Notes: generated by a model from the sequence alone, not told the origin. DNA of 64,000 bases from Gammaproteobacteria bacterium (GCA_024229615.1 JAAESG010000001.1:907-64906); one strand, 5' to 3'; positions 38,583-49,709 are shown, numbered from the stretch's first letter. A program made the numbers and translations.

Positions 38583-39670
38583 TGGCGACAATGACGACAC
38601 AAGTGACCAGGCGAGCGGATGCGCGTCGGCACATTGTCAAATTGTGGCTAATCGCCCTGCTGCCCGTCAGTTTGGTTGCAATATTCAATTCCGGGCACCA
38701 ATACCTGAGCGCTGTCGATAGCAATCTGCTTGCCGCTGATGATCTGCGTAGCCTATTGCTCCGAGGGCTCGGTGCCAGCGCACAAAACCCGGGACTGTAC
38801 GACATGGTTATCGTTGGAGTGGCGCATTTCCTGCCGATCCTGACCATGGCGCTGCTGGTGGGTGGTTTCTGGGAGCGAATTATTGCAGATCGTAGTCAGC
38901 GATCCATGGAACCGGGATTTATCCTGGTCGCGTTGCTGTTCACGCTGATGTTGCCGGGTGCAGCTGCGTTCATGCATGTCGCTTTTGGCATGTCGCTGGC
39001 GATGATACTTGGCAAGGCGATTTTCGGCGGTGACGGAAAAAGCTTTTTGAACCCGGCATTGCTGGGTGTGGCGATCGTGCAGGTCAGTTTTCCGGGTGCT
39101 GCCGGGTCACACCCGTTGTGGAGCGGACTCGCCGGTTATGCTGGCAGTGACGCCATCGGTTTGTATCATCGAGGCGGTGAAAGCGCGCTCACGGCGGCCG
39201 ACATGGACCTGTGGTCGGCGTTTATCGGCAGCACCCCGGGGCTGATGGGAACCACTTCGGTTTTGGCGGTTGCGCTGGGTGCAGCCCTGCTGCTGTGGAA
39301 GGGCCTGATTGCCTGGCGATTGCTCGCCGCGCAAATGATTGGCTTGTTTGTATTTGCAGGGATTTTCAATTTACTCGGGGCCGATCAGGGTGCCGGCACG
39401 ATGCCCTTCTACTGGCATCTGTTACTTGGCAGCTTTGCCTTCGGTGCGGTGTTTCTGGCCTGCGATCCGGTTGCATCTTCGTCTACTAATCCCGGGCGCT
39501 GGATCCAGGGATTTCTGATTGCCGCCCTGGTGGTACTGATTCGGGTTGCCAACTCGACTCATCCGGATGCGGTCGTCCCGGCCTTGTTGCTGGCCTCGAT
39601 CATGGCCCCGCTCATCGATCACGGGGTGATCGCATGGAACATACGTCAGCGGGCTCGCCGTCATGTCTGA
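38582..39670 (+). CDS. nqrB: Na+-NQR subunit B
   Basis: FLPILTMALLVGGFWE..., GKAIFGGDGKSFLNPALLG, FMN-attachment region SGAT absent here but TM pattern and C-terminus IDHGVIAWNIRQRARR match NqrB. Start overlaps the nqrA stop. Confidence 0.85.
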   Translation: MATMTTQVTRRADARRHIVKLWLIALLPVSLVAIFNSGHQYLSAVDSNLLAADDLRSLLLRGLGASAQNPGLYDMVIVGVAHFLPILTMALLVGGFWERIIADRSQRSMEPGFILVALLFTLMLPGAAAFMHVAFGMSLAMILGKAIFGGDGKSFLNPALLGVAIVQVSFPGAAGSHPLWSGLAGYAGSDAIGLYHRGGESALTAADMDLWSAFIGSTPGLMGTTSVLAVALGAALLLWKGLIAWRLLAAQMIGLFVFAGIFNLLGADQGAGTMPFYWHLLLGSFAFGAVFLACDPVASSSTNPGRWIQGFLIAALVVLIRVANSTHPDAVVPALLLASIMAPLIDHGVIAWNIRQRARRHV

Positions 39671-40439
39671 AGTGATACCCAGAGACAGTACTGCCAGGGC
39701 TCTCGGCGTCGCGCTGCTGGTGGCGTTTATCTGCGGACTTCTGGTATCGGTAGTCGCGGTTGAGCTGCGGCCGATCCAAAAGGCCAACATCGAAGCCGAA
39801 CGTATCGCTCAGCTCGAACTGGTGCTGGATGCATTGTCGGACATCGGACGAGTGCAGAGCATTGACAGCCTCGAGGCACGAATCGTCGAACTCACCAGCG
39901 GCCAGTTCGACGACAGCATCGACCCGGCAACCTTCGATGCGGAAAGGGCGGTCAGAAGATCGACGAGCAGTGTCGCGATTCCAGCCGATCTCGATCTGGC
40001 CGGGCTTAAGCGACGTGCGAAGCACGCACAGGTTTACCTCGTCAACGACGCCAATCGGCGTATCGAATTGATCATCCTGCCAGTTTCGGGCCGTGGATAT
40101 CAGTCGACTTTACGCGCCTGGCTAGTGCTCGATGGCGGTACTCAAACCGTACGCGCGCTCAAATTTTACCAGCATGGCGAGACTCCGGGTGTCGGTGCGC
40201 GCATCGAGGAACCTGAATGGGAAGCGCAATGGCGTGATTTGAGTGCCTACGACGATGCCGGTGTACTGCGCATTGGCGTCAGATCGCAGGCTGGCTATAG
40301 CGATGACGCCGAGTTCCAGGTCGATGGCATCTCCGGCGCGACCCGCACCATGCAGGGTGTCGATGGCATGCTGCGTTTCTGGCTCGGCGAGTTTGGTTTT
40401 GCGAACTTTCTGCAACGTATCCGTGAGGAGCAACTCTGA
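39663..40439 (+). CDS. nqrC: Na+-NQR subunit C
   Basis: FMN-attachment motif DGISGATRT and NqrC topology. Confidence 0.9.
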   Translation: MSEVIPRDSTARALGVALLVAFICGLLVSVVAVELRPIQKANIEAERIAQLELVLDALSDIGRVQSIDSLEARIVELTSGQFDDSIDPATFDAERAVRRSTSSVAIPADLDLAGLKRRAKHAQVYLVNDANRRIELIILPVSGRGYQSTLRAWLVLDGGTQTVRALKFYQHGETPGVGARIEEPEWEAQWRDLSAYDDAGVLRIGVRSQAGYSDDAEFQVDGISGATRTMQGVDGMLRFWLGEFGFANFLQRIREEQL

Positions 40440-41098
40440 TGCAGAACAATAACTGGAAAATTCTGACCCGCCCGCTGATCGATGACAATCCATTGACCCT
40501 GCAGATTCTCGGCATCTGTTCCGCGTTGGCGGTGACTACATCGCTCGATACCGCGTTGTTGATGAGCCTGGTCGTGGTTTGTGTACTCGCCTTGGGCAGC
40601 GCTTCGGTTAGCCTGATTCGAAAATTTATCCCGCATACGATACGGATCATCGTACAGATTACGATTATTGCGACCCTGGTCATCGTGGTTGACCAGGTAC
40701 TTCAGGCCTATGCTTTCGAGCTCAGCAAACGTTTGTCCGTTTTCGTCGGCTTGATCATCACCAACTGCATCGTACTCGGGCGCGCCGAAAGCTACGCCAT
40801 GCACAATGGTTTTGTCGCCAGCACGCTGGATGGAATCGGTAACGGACTGGGCTACTCCCTGATTCTTGTTATCGTTGGTGCGATCCGTGAATTTTTCGGT
40901 AAAGGAAGCCTGCTCAATGTGCAGATACTGATCCCGCAAAGTCAGGGCGGATCTTTCGAACCCCTGCAATTGATGCTGTTACCGCCGAGCGCGTTTTTCA
41001 TTATCGGTGGCATTATCTGGTTTATTCGCAGGCGTCGCCCGCAACAGGTCGAATCCGCAGAATTCAGCTTGCGCCAGCTCGAGGATAGTGCGAAATGA
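40439..41098 (+). CDS. nqrD: Na+-NQR subunit D
   Basis: [18 protein letters not shown] and [13 protein letters not shown] match NqrD. ATGA overlap with nqrC. Confidence 0.9.
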   Translation: MQNNNWKILTRPLIDDNPLTLQILGICSALAVTTSLDTALLMSLVVVCVLALGSASVSLIRKFIPHTIRIIVQITIIATLVIVVDQVLQAYAFELSKRLSVFVGLIITNCIVLGRAESYAMHNGFVASTLDGIGNGLGYSLILVIVGAIREFFGKGSLLNVQILIPQSQGGSFEPLQLMLLPPSAFFIIGGIIWFIRRRRPQQVESAEFSLRQLEDSAK

Positions 41099-41700
41099 AC
41101 GGCTTGTTCGAACTACTGTTGCGATCGGTATTCCTGGATAATCTCGCCTTGTCGTTTTTCCTCGGCATGTGTACTTTTCTTGCGGTTTCGAAGCGCGTGG
41201 ATACTGCATTTGGTGTAGGGCTTGCGATGATGGTGGTGCAGACCGTGACAGTGCCGGTGAATAATCTGATCTATAACTGGTTACTGGCGCCAGGCGCTCT
41301 GGACTGGGCCGGCCTGGGCGATGTCGATCTTTCTTTTTTACGCCTGATCGCATTCATCGGTGTGATCGCGGCGATGGTGCAGGTGCTCGAAATGACACTC
41401 GAGTTTCACGTTCCCAAACTGCACCGGGCGATGGGTATTTTCCTGCCGTTGATTACCGTCAATTGCGCCATACTCGGCGGCAGTCTGTTCATGGTCGAAC
41501 GCAGTTACAGTTTTGGCGAAAGCCTGGTTTTTGGATTTGGCTCGGGCCTGGGCTGGGCACTGGCGATCGTCATGTTTGCGGCGATTCGGGAACGCCTAAA
41601 ATATGCCGATATACCCGATGGCCTGCAGGGACTCGGTATCAATTTCATAGTCGCCGGCATCATCTCGTTGGGCTTCATGGCGTTTGCAGGGATGGGTTGA
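41095..41700 (+). CDS. nqrE: Na+-NQR subunit E
   Basis: [12 protein letters not shown] and [11 protein letters not shown] match NqrE. Confidence 0.9.
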   Translation: MNGLFELLLRSVFLDNLALSFFLGMCTFLAVSKRVDTAFGVGLAMMVVQTVTVPVNNLIYNWLLAPGALDWAGLGDVDLSFLRLIAFIGVIAAMVQVLEMTLEFHVPKLHRAMGIFLPLITVNCAILGGSLFMVERSYSFGESLVFGFGSGLGWALAIVMFAAIRERLKYADIPDGLQGLGINFIVAGIISLGFMAFAGMG

Positions 41701-42920
41701 TGCACGAAGCGATCCTCGGAGTTCTGTTCTTTTCCGGCATTGTGCTGCTATTGACGCTGTTCGTGCTGGCTGCACGACGCGTGCTGGTGCCGCGTGGAGA
41801 ATGCGATATCGAAATAAATGCGCGAAAAACGGTCAAGGCACAGATTGGCCAGCGCCTGCTTTCGGTGTGCCAGCATGCCGAAATCCATTTGCCCAGTGCC
41901 TGCGCCGGCGCCGGCACCTGCGGTCTGTGCAAGGCCCGTGTAGTCGCTGGTGGCGGTGAAGCGGGACCCCAGGAACTCGCGCACCTGAGCCGGTATGAGG
42001 CCCACAAGGGGATGCGACTGGCGTGCCAGGTTTCGGTATTGGGGCCGATGGCGGTCGAGGTTGACGAAGCCTACTTCGACGTGCGGACCTGGCGTTGCCA
42101 GGTCGAGCAAACGCGTAATGTCAGTACGCTGATTCGAGAAATCGTGCTGCGCCTGCTCGGGGACGAGCCGATGGAGTTTCGTGCCGGCGGTTTCGTCGAG
42201 TTGAGCAGCCCGCCTTACCAGGTCGATTTCAGTGACTTCGAAATCGAAAGCGAGTTTCGCGATGTCTGGGACAAGTTCAATCTGTGGAAACTAAGGTCGG
42301 TCAGCGAAACCCCGGTGTCGCGTGCCTATTCGATGGCAAATCACCCCGCGGAGAAAGGGGTTATCATTCTTAATATACGCATTGCGTTACCACCGTCGGG
42401 TCAGCCACAAGCGCCCCCCGGGGTGGTTTCGAGTTGGCTCTTTTCACTTAAAGCAGGCGATCAGGTCGATCTACGGGGCCCGTACGGACACTTCGCGGTC
42501 GAACCTTCCGAACGGGAACTGGTCTTCATTGGTGGCGGCGCTGGTATGGCGCCCTTACGTGCCCAGATTCTCGATCTACTCGAAACCCAGCACTCGAAGC
42601 GCAACATCAGCTACTGGTATGGCGCGCGTTCGCGACGCGAGCTGTACTATGACGATGTGTTCGACAAACTACAACTTGAGCACGATAATTTTCACTGGTA
42701 TCCAGCGCTGTCGGAAGCGGAAAAAAGCGATGACTGGCAGGGTTTGGCGGGTTTCATTCACCAGGTTGCCTATGACAAATACCTGGCACGTCATCCGACC
42801 CCCGAAGCTTGCGAGTACTACCTTTGCGGTCCGCCGCTGATGGTGCAGTCGGTGCTTGCGATGCTCGATGAGCTCGGGGTCATGGCGGAGAATATTCACT
42901 ATGATGATTTTGGCAGTTAA
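41699..42920 (+). CDS. nqrF: Na+-NQR subunit F (2Fe-2S ferredoxin / FAD / NADH domains)
   Basis: N-terminal TM helix, Cx5CxxC...C ferredoxin motif (CAGAGTCGLCKARV), RAYSMAN FAD motif, GGGAGMAP NADH motif. Start at ATG 41699 overlapping the nqrE stop. Confidence 0.9.
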
Positions 42921-42941
42921 ACAATACGGGAGCGTCAAACA

Positions 42942-43082
42942 ATGACCACAATATTGATAGCAATCCCTTTGTTCGTCCTCGCGGTCGTCGGGCTGGGGCT
43001 GGGTTTCGTATTAAGGCGGCGTCCACTTTGCGGCAGTTGTGGCAATTGCAGTGAATGCATCATGCGCAGGGCCGGGTCATGA
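42942..43082 (+). CDS. nqrM: (Na+)-NQR maturation factor NqrM-like small membrane protein, 46 aa
   Basis: MTTILIAIPLFVLAVVGLGLGFVLRRRPLCGSCGNCSECIMRRAGS: one TM helix then C-x2-C-x2-C-x2-C. Not in the ORF track because it is under 60 aa. Confidence 0.65.
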   Translation: MTTILIAIPLFVLAVVGLGLGFVLRRRPLCGSCGNCSECIMRRAGS

Positions 43083-43483
43083 ACAAGAGCATCGAAAATT
43101 ACATGGCCACCGAACTGGTTTGCTTCGCGCCCGACGACGATATTATCGACGCCATGCGAACCTTGCTGGAGCGGCATATTTCGGGAGCGCCGGTGCTCGA
43201 TTCGGATGGGCAGATGCTTGGCCTGCTGACACAAAAGGATTGCCTTGCGATCGTATACAACACGGCCTACCACCAGGATTGGGGCGGACAGGTCGAACAG
43301 TATATGAGTCGAGAAGTGGAGCATATAGATGCCGACAGCAGCATTCTCGAAGTCGCCGAGAAATTCCTGCACTCCAATTTTCGCCGTTTTCCGGTGCTGC
43401 GTGATGGGCGCCTGGCAGGCCTGATCAGTCGGCACGATATCATGCGTGCACTGGACGAAAACTACCTGGCCACATCCGCTTGA
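43079..43483 (+). CDS. CBS-domain pair protein, start overlaps the nqrM stop (ATGA)
   Basis: Two CBS motifs (YMATELVCFAPDD..., YMSREVEHIDADS...). Confidence 0.75.
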   Translation: MNKSIENYMATELVCFAPDDDIIDAMRTLLERHISGAPVLDSDGQMLGLLTQKDCLAIVYNTAYHQDWGGQVEQYMSREVEHIDADSSILEVAEKFLHSNFRRFPVLRDGRLAGLISRHDIMRALDENYLATSA

Positions 43484-43487
43484 AGAT

Positions 43488-44687
43488 TCAGATCAGAGCC
43501 CGGTAAACCGCGTCGCGAAAATCCTTGCGTCCGGCATGATGCAGTGACGGCAGATACTGTTGCATCAGGATCGCAATCAATTCCTGTTCGGGATCGACCC
43601 AGCAGTAAGTGTCGGCCATGCCACCCCAACCGAAATCCCCGCGTGTGCCGGCCGCCGCCGCGGTGGCCGGATCCAGGTTGATGCAATAGCCGAGTCCGAA
43701 TCCGTAGCCCTGGTAAGCCCCGGGGGCGACACCGTTGAAACTGAGCGGCAACAATTTTTTATCGAGGTGATTTGCAGTCATCAAGGCAACGCTGTCGGCT
43801 TCGAGTATACGACAGCCTTCCAGCTCGCCGCGGTTTAACATCATTTGCGCAAAACGCAGATAGTCTTTGGCAGTAGAGGTCAAACCGCCGCCACCGGAAT
43901 GCAGCCTGACCGGAATCCCCGAAATGGCGGATATGAAAGGTGAACTCTCGTTTGTTTCAAGTTGCGCCAGTGCATTGTCGTCAGTGTATCCATACAGGGT
44001 TGCAAAGCGTTCAATTTTCCCTTCGCTGACCTCGAACGCGGTATCGACCATGCCGAGCGGATCGAAAATAGTCTGTTGCAGGTAATCTGCGAGTGGTATG
44101 CCGCTGATCAATTCTACCAGGTATCCACAGATATCGGTCGCGACACTGTAGTGCCACAGGGTTCCCGGTTGTGCCACTAACGGAATCTCTAGTACCTTTT
44201 GCATGACCTGTGCCAGAGTCTGATCCTGGATACGACTGCGCCAGATTTCGGCGTAAAGTTTATCAACTGGATACAGCTCCGGTTTGAAACCGTAACTGAA
44301 ACCAGCCGTATGCGTCAGCAATTGTCGAATCGTGATATCCGATTCGATTTTCCCTTGTTGATAAACTTCCATTTCCGCGAGTGCGGGAATCCAGTGTTTT
44401 GCCGCATCGTCCAGTTCGAAATGGTCCTGTTCCATCAGCGTCATCAAGGCCACGCTGGTGATCGGCTTGGTCATCGAGTAAATACGAAAAATGGTATCCT
44501 CCCGAATCGGGGTGACACTGGCAATATCCGCGTAGCCTCGAGATGACAGTTGTGCAACCTTCCCATAGCGACTGACCAGGGTCAGCATGCCAGCCGATTT
44601 GCCGCTGGAAACATAGCTTTCCATCATTTGTTCGATACTTGCGAGGCCCGTTGGGCTGAACCCCCTGGGAGTGATGACGGCCGCCAT
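43488..44687 (-). CDS. serine hydrolase of the class C beta-lactamase / esterase family
   Basis: S-x-x-K motif SMTK and YxN-like downstream motifs. Confidence 0.8.
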   Translation of the reverse strand: MAAVITPRGFSPTGLASIEQMMESYVSSGKSAGMLTLVSRYGKVAQLSSRGYADIASVTPIREDTIFRIYSMTKPITSVALMTLMEQDHFELDDAAKHWIPALAEMEVYQQGKIESDITIRQLLTHTAGFSYGFKPELYPVDKLYAEIWRSRIQDQTLAQVMQKVLEIPLVAQPGTLWHYSVATDICGYLVELISGIPLADYLQQTIFDPLGMVDTAFEVSEGKIERFATLYGYTDDNALAQLETNESSPFISAISGIPVRLHSGGGGLTSTAKDYLRFAQMMLNRGELEGCRILEADSVALMTANHLDKKLLPLSFNGVAPGAYQGYGFGLGYCINLDPATAAAAGTRGDFGWGGMADTYCWVDPEQELIAILMQQYLPSLHHAGRKDFRDAVYRALI

Positions 44688-46012
44688 CAGGCGTTCAGTT
44701 CTTGCAGGGCGTTGTCAATCGCCATTAGCGCTGTATCGGCATCCGTTTGCGAGAATACCAGCGGCGGCCGTAGCTTCAGTATCTGATCATAGCGACCCGA
44801 AGTGCCGGTAATGACGCCCTGCTCGACGATGAGACTGCCCAGGTGGCGCATTTGCTGCTCGGAAAGTGGTTCCCTGGTATCGGGGTCGGATACCATGTCG
44901 AGCCCCCAGAACAAACCACAACCCTGGACATCCCCGATCAGCGGGTGGCGTTCAGCGAGCTTACGCAATCCGGCCTCGAGATAGGCGCCGGTTTCCTGGG
45001 CGTTCTGCAATAACCCATCGTTGTCGATGACCTCGATGACCGCTTTGCCGACGGCGGCCGAAACCGGGTTACCGCCGAAGGTGTTGAAGTAATGGTACTG
45101 ACGCGAGTAATTGTTGGCGATCTCTCGGCTCGTGGCCATCAATGAAAGTGGGTGTCCAGCGCCCATGGGTTTGCCGCAGGTCAGGATATCGGGCTGCAAA
45201 GCGTAGAAATCACTGCGCCACCAGTTTTGACCGCTGCGGCAATAACCGGACTGAACTTCGTCAGCAATCACCAATCCCCCGCGCTTGCGGATTTCGGCGC
45301 AAAGCCCGAGCACATAATCGGATGGTGGTGACAGGGGACCATTGGAGTCCCAAACCAGATCGATCATTACCGCCGCTGGTTTATATCCTCGCTGCTCAAG
45401 CCCGTCGAGCGCCCGCCGGGCCAGTTGCAGATATTTTTCTCCGGCCTTGGGATCGTCGCGATGATAGGGCCCGCGATATAGGTTGGGCGGTTCGATCACG
45501 GCCAGCCAGTCGGGGCGATGCTCGGGAGGATAACTGTGTGTCGACAGGCGTCGAGTCAGTTCGGAAACACCGTGATAAGAGGCTTCGGTGACGACTATGC
45601 CCTGGTTGCCAGTGACGTGACGCGCAATTTGCGTGGCCAGGTCGTTGGCTTCACTACCGGTACAGGTAAACACACAGCAATCAATATCGCCGGGCATTTT
45701 ATCGACCAGCATTTCTCCCAGTTCGACGATACCGGCATGCAGATAGCGGGTATGGGTGTTGAGCGTGGCTGCCTGCTTGCAGAGCGCATCGACGACATGG
45801 GGATGGCAATGTCCGACCGAAACCACATTGTTGTAGCAATCCAGATACTGGCGCCCTGCCGCGTCCCACAATCGAGTACCCGAGCCGCGTACCAGGTGGA
45901 GTGGTTCATCGAAAAAGTTTTGATAGGTGGGGGCGAGGGTCGCCTTACGCCGAGCAATCAGTTGCTGATCATGCATGTTATGTACTTTACGGGCTGAATC
46001 CGTCAATTTCAC
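44687..46012 (-). CDS. class III PLP-dependent aminotransferase
   Basis: DEVQSG...R.G and PLP-lysine TCGKPMG motifs; 441 aa. Confidence 0.85.
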   Translation of the reverse strand: MKLTDSARKVHNMHDQQLIARRKATLAPTYQNFFDEPLHLVRGSGTRLWDAAGRQYLDCYNNVVSVGHCHPHVVDALCKQAATLNTHTRYLHAGIVELGEMLVDKMPGDIDCCVFTCTGSEANDLATQIARHVTGNQGIVVTEASYHGVSELTRRLSTHSYPPEHRPDWLAVIEPPNLYRGPYHRDDPKAGEKYLQLARRALDGLEQRGYKPAAVMIDLVWDSNGPLSPPSDYVLGLCAEIRKRGGLVIADEVQSGYCRSGQNWWRSDFYALQPDILTCGKPMGAGHPLSLMATSREIANNYSRQYHYFNTFGGNPVSAAVGKAVIEVIDNDGLLQNAQETGAYLEAGLRKLAERHPLIGDVQGCGLFWGLDMVSDPDTREPLSEQQMRHLGSLIVEQGVITGTSGRYDQILKLRPPLVFSQTDADTALMAIDNALQELNA

Positions 46013-46024
46013 TTTGAAAGAACA

Positions 46025-46912
46025 CTAGGATTCAATTTTAATTTTGGTATCGCCACCTAGCACCGGTTTACTCAGATGGATAGACATGCCTTCCGCCGCA
46101 CAGACGCTACGCGTGGGTGCTCGATGGGATTTAAGGTATTTCTCGTTTTCGATCTGAATTTCATCGAGTTCGGAATCGCTGCGATCAGGGTCGTGGTGAA
46201 ACATGACCAGGGTGCCTACCTCGGCATCACTGGCCAGTTGTCGAACCTGTGAAATCAAGCTATGCCCCCATCCGTGCTTGTGTGGCATGTCGTCTTCGAC
46301 GTACTGGGCGTCGTGAATCAGTACGTCGACACCCTGCAGGTAATTGACCCACTGGTCATAGTTGGTGCTCTGAGCATAGGGTGGGTCGAGCTCGTTGTCG
46401 GTAACATAGGCGCAAGTGACGCCGTTTTCATTGATCATGTAAGCAACGCCACCGCCAGGATGATTGAGTGCCTGCTTGGCCACCTTGATACCTTCGCGTT
46501 CATACATCTCACTTTCGATCCCCTTGAATTTCGGAATGTTGTTCGATGGCAGATCCTCAACTTTTACCGGGAAGTGAGTGCCATCCATTTGCCGGAACAG
46601 CGTATTGAATAGCTTGCGTCCGGACTCCATGCTGATATAGACATTGATATCGCGGCCGGTTTGATAAATAGGTGCGAAAAACGGGTAACCCTGGATATGA
46701 TCCCAGTGACCGTGTGATAGCAGGATATTGACGTGTGTCGATTTCTTCGCGAGTTTGTTGCCGAGCATGCGAATGCCGGTTCCGGCATCGAGGATCAGAT
46801 CATTGCCGCTTTCGAGTTCGATATGAACGCAGGAAGTGTTACCACCGTATTTTACGGTCTGTGGCCCGGGTACCGAGGTAGAACCACGCACGCCATAAAA
46901 TGTGATGATCAC
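46025..46912 (-). CDS. MBL-fold metallo-hydrolase
   Basis: HGHWDH zinc-binding motif. Confidence 0.8.
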   Translation of the reverse strand: MIITFYGVRGSTSVPGPQTVKYGGNTSCVHIELESGNDLILDAGTGIRMLGNKLAKKSTHVNILLSHGHWDHIQGYPFFAPIYQTGRDINVYISMESGRKLFNTLFRQMDGTHFPVKVEDLPSNNIPKFKGIESEMYEREGIKVAKQALNHPGGGVAYMINENGVTCAYVTDNELDPPYAQSTNYDQWVNYLQGVDVLIHDAQYVEDDMPHKHGWGHSLISQVRQLASDAEVGTLVMFHHDPDRSDSELDEIQIENEKYLKSHRAPTRSVCAAEGMSIHLSKPVLGGDTKIKIES

Positions 46913-46924
46913 TGACTGTACCTG

Positions 46925-47884
46925 CTATGGCGATATCTCCGCGCCTGCGGTCTTGTTAGCATCTTTACCCTCTTCCTCTTCGTCAGGGTTTACCAGCACC
47001 AATCCGAGTAACATGACAACCACCGCGGCCCATACCCAGGTACTGTGTTGCTCCGAAAATATCATAATACCCCAGATGACCCCAGAAATCGTAACGATAT
47101 AAGCGCATTGGCTCGCAAAAACCGGTCCCGAGGCCTTGATCGAATAGAAGAACATCGAATAGGCAAAGCCGCTGCCGATCGCAATACCGATAATTGCGAG
47201 CCCGGCATCGCTGGCAAGCCAGTCCCAGGGCTCATTGATACCGAGATAAATAGCCAACGGAAACTGGATTGCAGTTGCCAACAGGTTCGAACCGAACAGT
47301 AATTCGCGAATATCGATATCAGGCTCTACGCCTCTACTGATATAAACATTCTCGACCGCATAGAGCAGCGCGCACAGAATTACCAGCAGAATCCAGAAGC
47401 TGGCATCGTCGCTGCCGAGACCCTGGTCGGGAATCACCAGTAACAGGATTGCGATCATACCGAGCAGGATTCCGAGCAGACGTCTGGCGATGACTGATTC
47501 GAAGCGCAGCGTCAACATGATGGCGTAGGTGAACAGAGGCACAGTCGATACGGTAATCGCGAGGATTCCAGCCGACAGATGCGACGCGGCGTAGTAGTAA
47601 AAAAGATTCGGCGCGGTAATTCCAACCAGGGCCAACACGAGGTAATGACGCAGATTTCTGAAATTGAACAGGGTAGTGCGTGATAACAGGCATGCGACCA
47701 GGAAAAATGCGGCAGTTACCGCGACTTGCCAGGCCGATAACGCGAGTGGGTGGGCGCCTTGTCCGGTTGCAATCAGTGCCAGTGAAAATGTCGCACCCCA
47801 GATCATGCCGGCGGCCAGGATCAGGAGGTAGGGAAATAATCGGTGCTCGGTCATGCTTGCGCTCAACTCGGTGATGTGCGGCAA
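46925..47884 (-). CDS. DMT superfamily (EamA) transporter
   Basis: 10 TM helices, duplicated EamA domain. Confidence 0.75.
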   Translation of the reverse strand: MPHITELSASMTEHRLFPYLLILAAGMIWGATFSLALIATGQGAHPLALSAWQVAVTAAFFLVACLLSRTTLFNFRNLRHYLVLALVGITAPNLFYYYAASHLSAGILAITVSTVPLFTYAIMLTLRFESVIARRLLGILLGMIAILLLVIPDQGLGSDDASFWILLVILCALLYAVENVYISRGVEPDIDIRELLFGSNLLATAIQFPLAIYLGINEPWDWLASDAGLAIIGIAIGSGFAYSMFFYSIKASGPVFASQCAYIVTISGVIWGIMIFSEQHSTWVWAAVVVMLLGLVLVNPDEEEEGKDANKTAGAEISP

Positions 47885-47993
47885 AGCGTCGATTATAGAG
47901 AGCAGCGACTATCACGGTAACTATTTTATTTCTACCTCAGCATGGCTTTAACATTCCGCGCTGTTGGGCTGCAGTTCCCGGTGCCAATATCCT

Positions 47994-48160
47994 CTAGCCC
48001 GCATTTCTCACCAGGATGGCGGGCCCTCGCTTGTTCTTTGAACTCACAAGGGATTTTCTTCAGGCGGGTTACGCTCTGTTATTCCGCTCCTTCAGAAAAC
48101 CCCTTGTGAATCCAAAGCCCTGCGCGATCATCCTGCCCCCTGGTGAGAAATGCGGGCTAG
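47994..48160. repeat. 167-bp nested inverted-repeat (hairpin) element: 22-bp perfect terminal inverted repeats CTAGCCCGCATTTCTCACCAGG / CCTGGTGAGAAATGCGGGCTAG plus an inner ~25-bp inverted repeat
   Basis: Seen directly. Located in the divergent promoter region between the DMT transporter and the aldehyde dehydrogenase. Confidence 0.6.
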
Positions 48161-48275
48161 ATGGTGTTGGAAGCACAGAATTTGCCCCAATATTGAAAAA
48201 AGCCTTGCAGATGAATCCGCTTCACGGCACATTTCGCATTCCATAACTTAATCGATTTACCAGGAAATCAAGCAG

Positions 48276-49703
48276 ATGGATTACCTCAAGTTTTTTATCG
48301 ACGGCGCGTGGGTGGATCCGATTACCCCGGCAACTATCGATGTTATCAACCCAGCCACCGAACAGGCGTTTACCCAGATCAGTGCGGGTAGCCCTGCGGA
48401 TGTCGACCGCGCCGTGACCGCGGCACGCAATGCCTTTCCCGCATACTCACAATGGAGTGTGCAACAGCGACTCGAACTACTGGAAAAAATTCGAGTGGTC
48501 TACAAAGAGTATTTTGATGATATCGCGCAGGCCATTTCTGACGAAATGGGTGCTCCAGTCGACCTGGCTCGCGGTTCGCAGGCTAAACTCGGTGCCGGGC
48601 ATATCAAAAGCGCGATCAAGGCCCTGTTGAATTTCAGCTTTGAAAGTATTGAAGACGATATGATTCTACGCCACGAACCGATCGGTGTTTGCGGCATGAT
48701 CACGCCGTGGAACTGGCCGATGAATCAGGTTGCGGTCAAGGTCATTCCGGCGCTGGCTGCCGGTTGTACGATGATCTTGAAGCCCAGCGAAGAGTCACCG
48801 CTGGACTCGATGATTTTCACCGAAGTGCTACGCGAAGCCGGGGTTCCCGCGGGTGTTTTCAACCTGGTTAACGGATACGGGGCCGTCGTCGGGGAAGCGA
48901 TGTCCTCGCACCCTCAAATCGATATGATGTCATTCACCGGGTCTACCCGGGGCGGCATCGCGGTCGCAAAGGCGGCGGCCGATACCGTTAAGCGGGTGGG
49001 TCAGGAACTGGGTGGAAAATCGGCCAACGTGATCCTGAAGGATGCGGATATTGCCCGGTCTGTTACCGAAGGTGTGCACTACATGATGAGTAATAGTGGT
49101 CAATCCTGTAACGCGCCGACGCGCATGTTGGTGCCGAACACGATGATGGCTGAAGCAATCGAAGCCGCCCGGGCGGCGGCGGAAAGCATCGCTGTCGATG
49201 ATCCGGCCAAGCCGGGTAATCATATCGGTCCGGTCGTCAATCAGGCTCAGTTCGACAAAATACAAGGCTTGATTCAACAGGGCATCGACGAAGGTGCCAC
49301 CCTGGTTACCGGCGGCATTGGGCGCCCTGAGCATTTACCCAGGGGTTATTATGTGAAACCCACCGTGTTTGCCAACGTCGACAACAATATGACGATTGCA
49401 CGCGAAGAGATTTTCGGTCCGGTGCTTGCGATTCTCGGCTATGACACCGAGGACGAGGCGGTTGAAATTGCCAATGACAGTGTCTATGGCCTGTCTGCCT
49501 ATGTCACCTCGACTGAAATGGAGCGTGCCAAGATGGTTGCCAGGCGCCTGCGCGCGGGCCAGGTCGTTGTCAACTACGTAGGCGGTGACCCCGATACACC
49601 GTTTGGTGGGTACAAACAATCCGGCAACGGACGCGAGAAAGGCAAGTGGGGACTCGCGGAGTTCCTTGAACTGAAAGCCATCACCGGCTTGCAGGCGGGT
49701 TAA
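48276..49703 (+). CDS. NAD(P)+-dependent aldehyde dehydrogenase
   Basis: Catalytic Cys region GQSCNAP, Glu motif ELGGKSA, GxGxxG-like FTGST. Confidence 0.9.
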   Translation: MDYLKFFIDGAWVDPITPATIDVINPATEQAFTQISAGSPADVDRAVTAARNAFPAYSQWSVQQRLELLEKIRVVYKEYFDDIAQAISDEMGAPVDLARGSQAKLGAGHIKSAIKALLNFSFESIEDDMILRHEPIGVCGMITPWNWPMNQVAVKVIPALAAGCTMILKPSEESPLDSMIFTEVLREAGVPAGVFNLVNGYGAVVGEAMSSHPQIDMMSFTGSTRGGIAVAKAAADTVKRVGQELGGKSANVILKDADIARSVTEGVHYMMSNSGQSCNAPTRMLVPNTMMAEAIEAARAAAESIAVDDPAKPGNHIGPVVNQAQFDKIQGLIQQGIDEGATLVTGGIGRPEHLPRGYYVKPTVFANVDNNMTIAREEIFGPVLAILGYDTEDEAVEIANDSVYGLSAYVTSTEMERAKMVARRLRAGQVVVNYVGGDPDTPFGGYKQSGNGREKGKWGLAEFLELKAITGLQAG

Positions 49704-49709
49704 GGTCTG

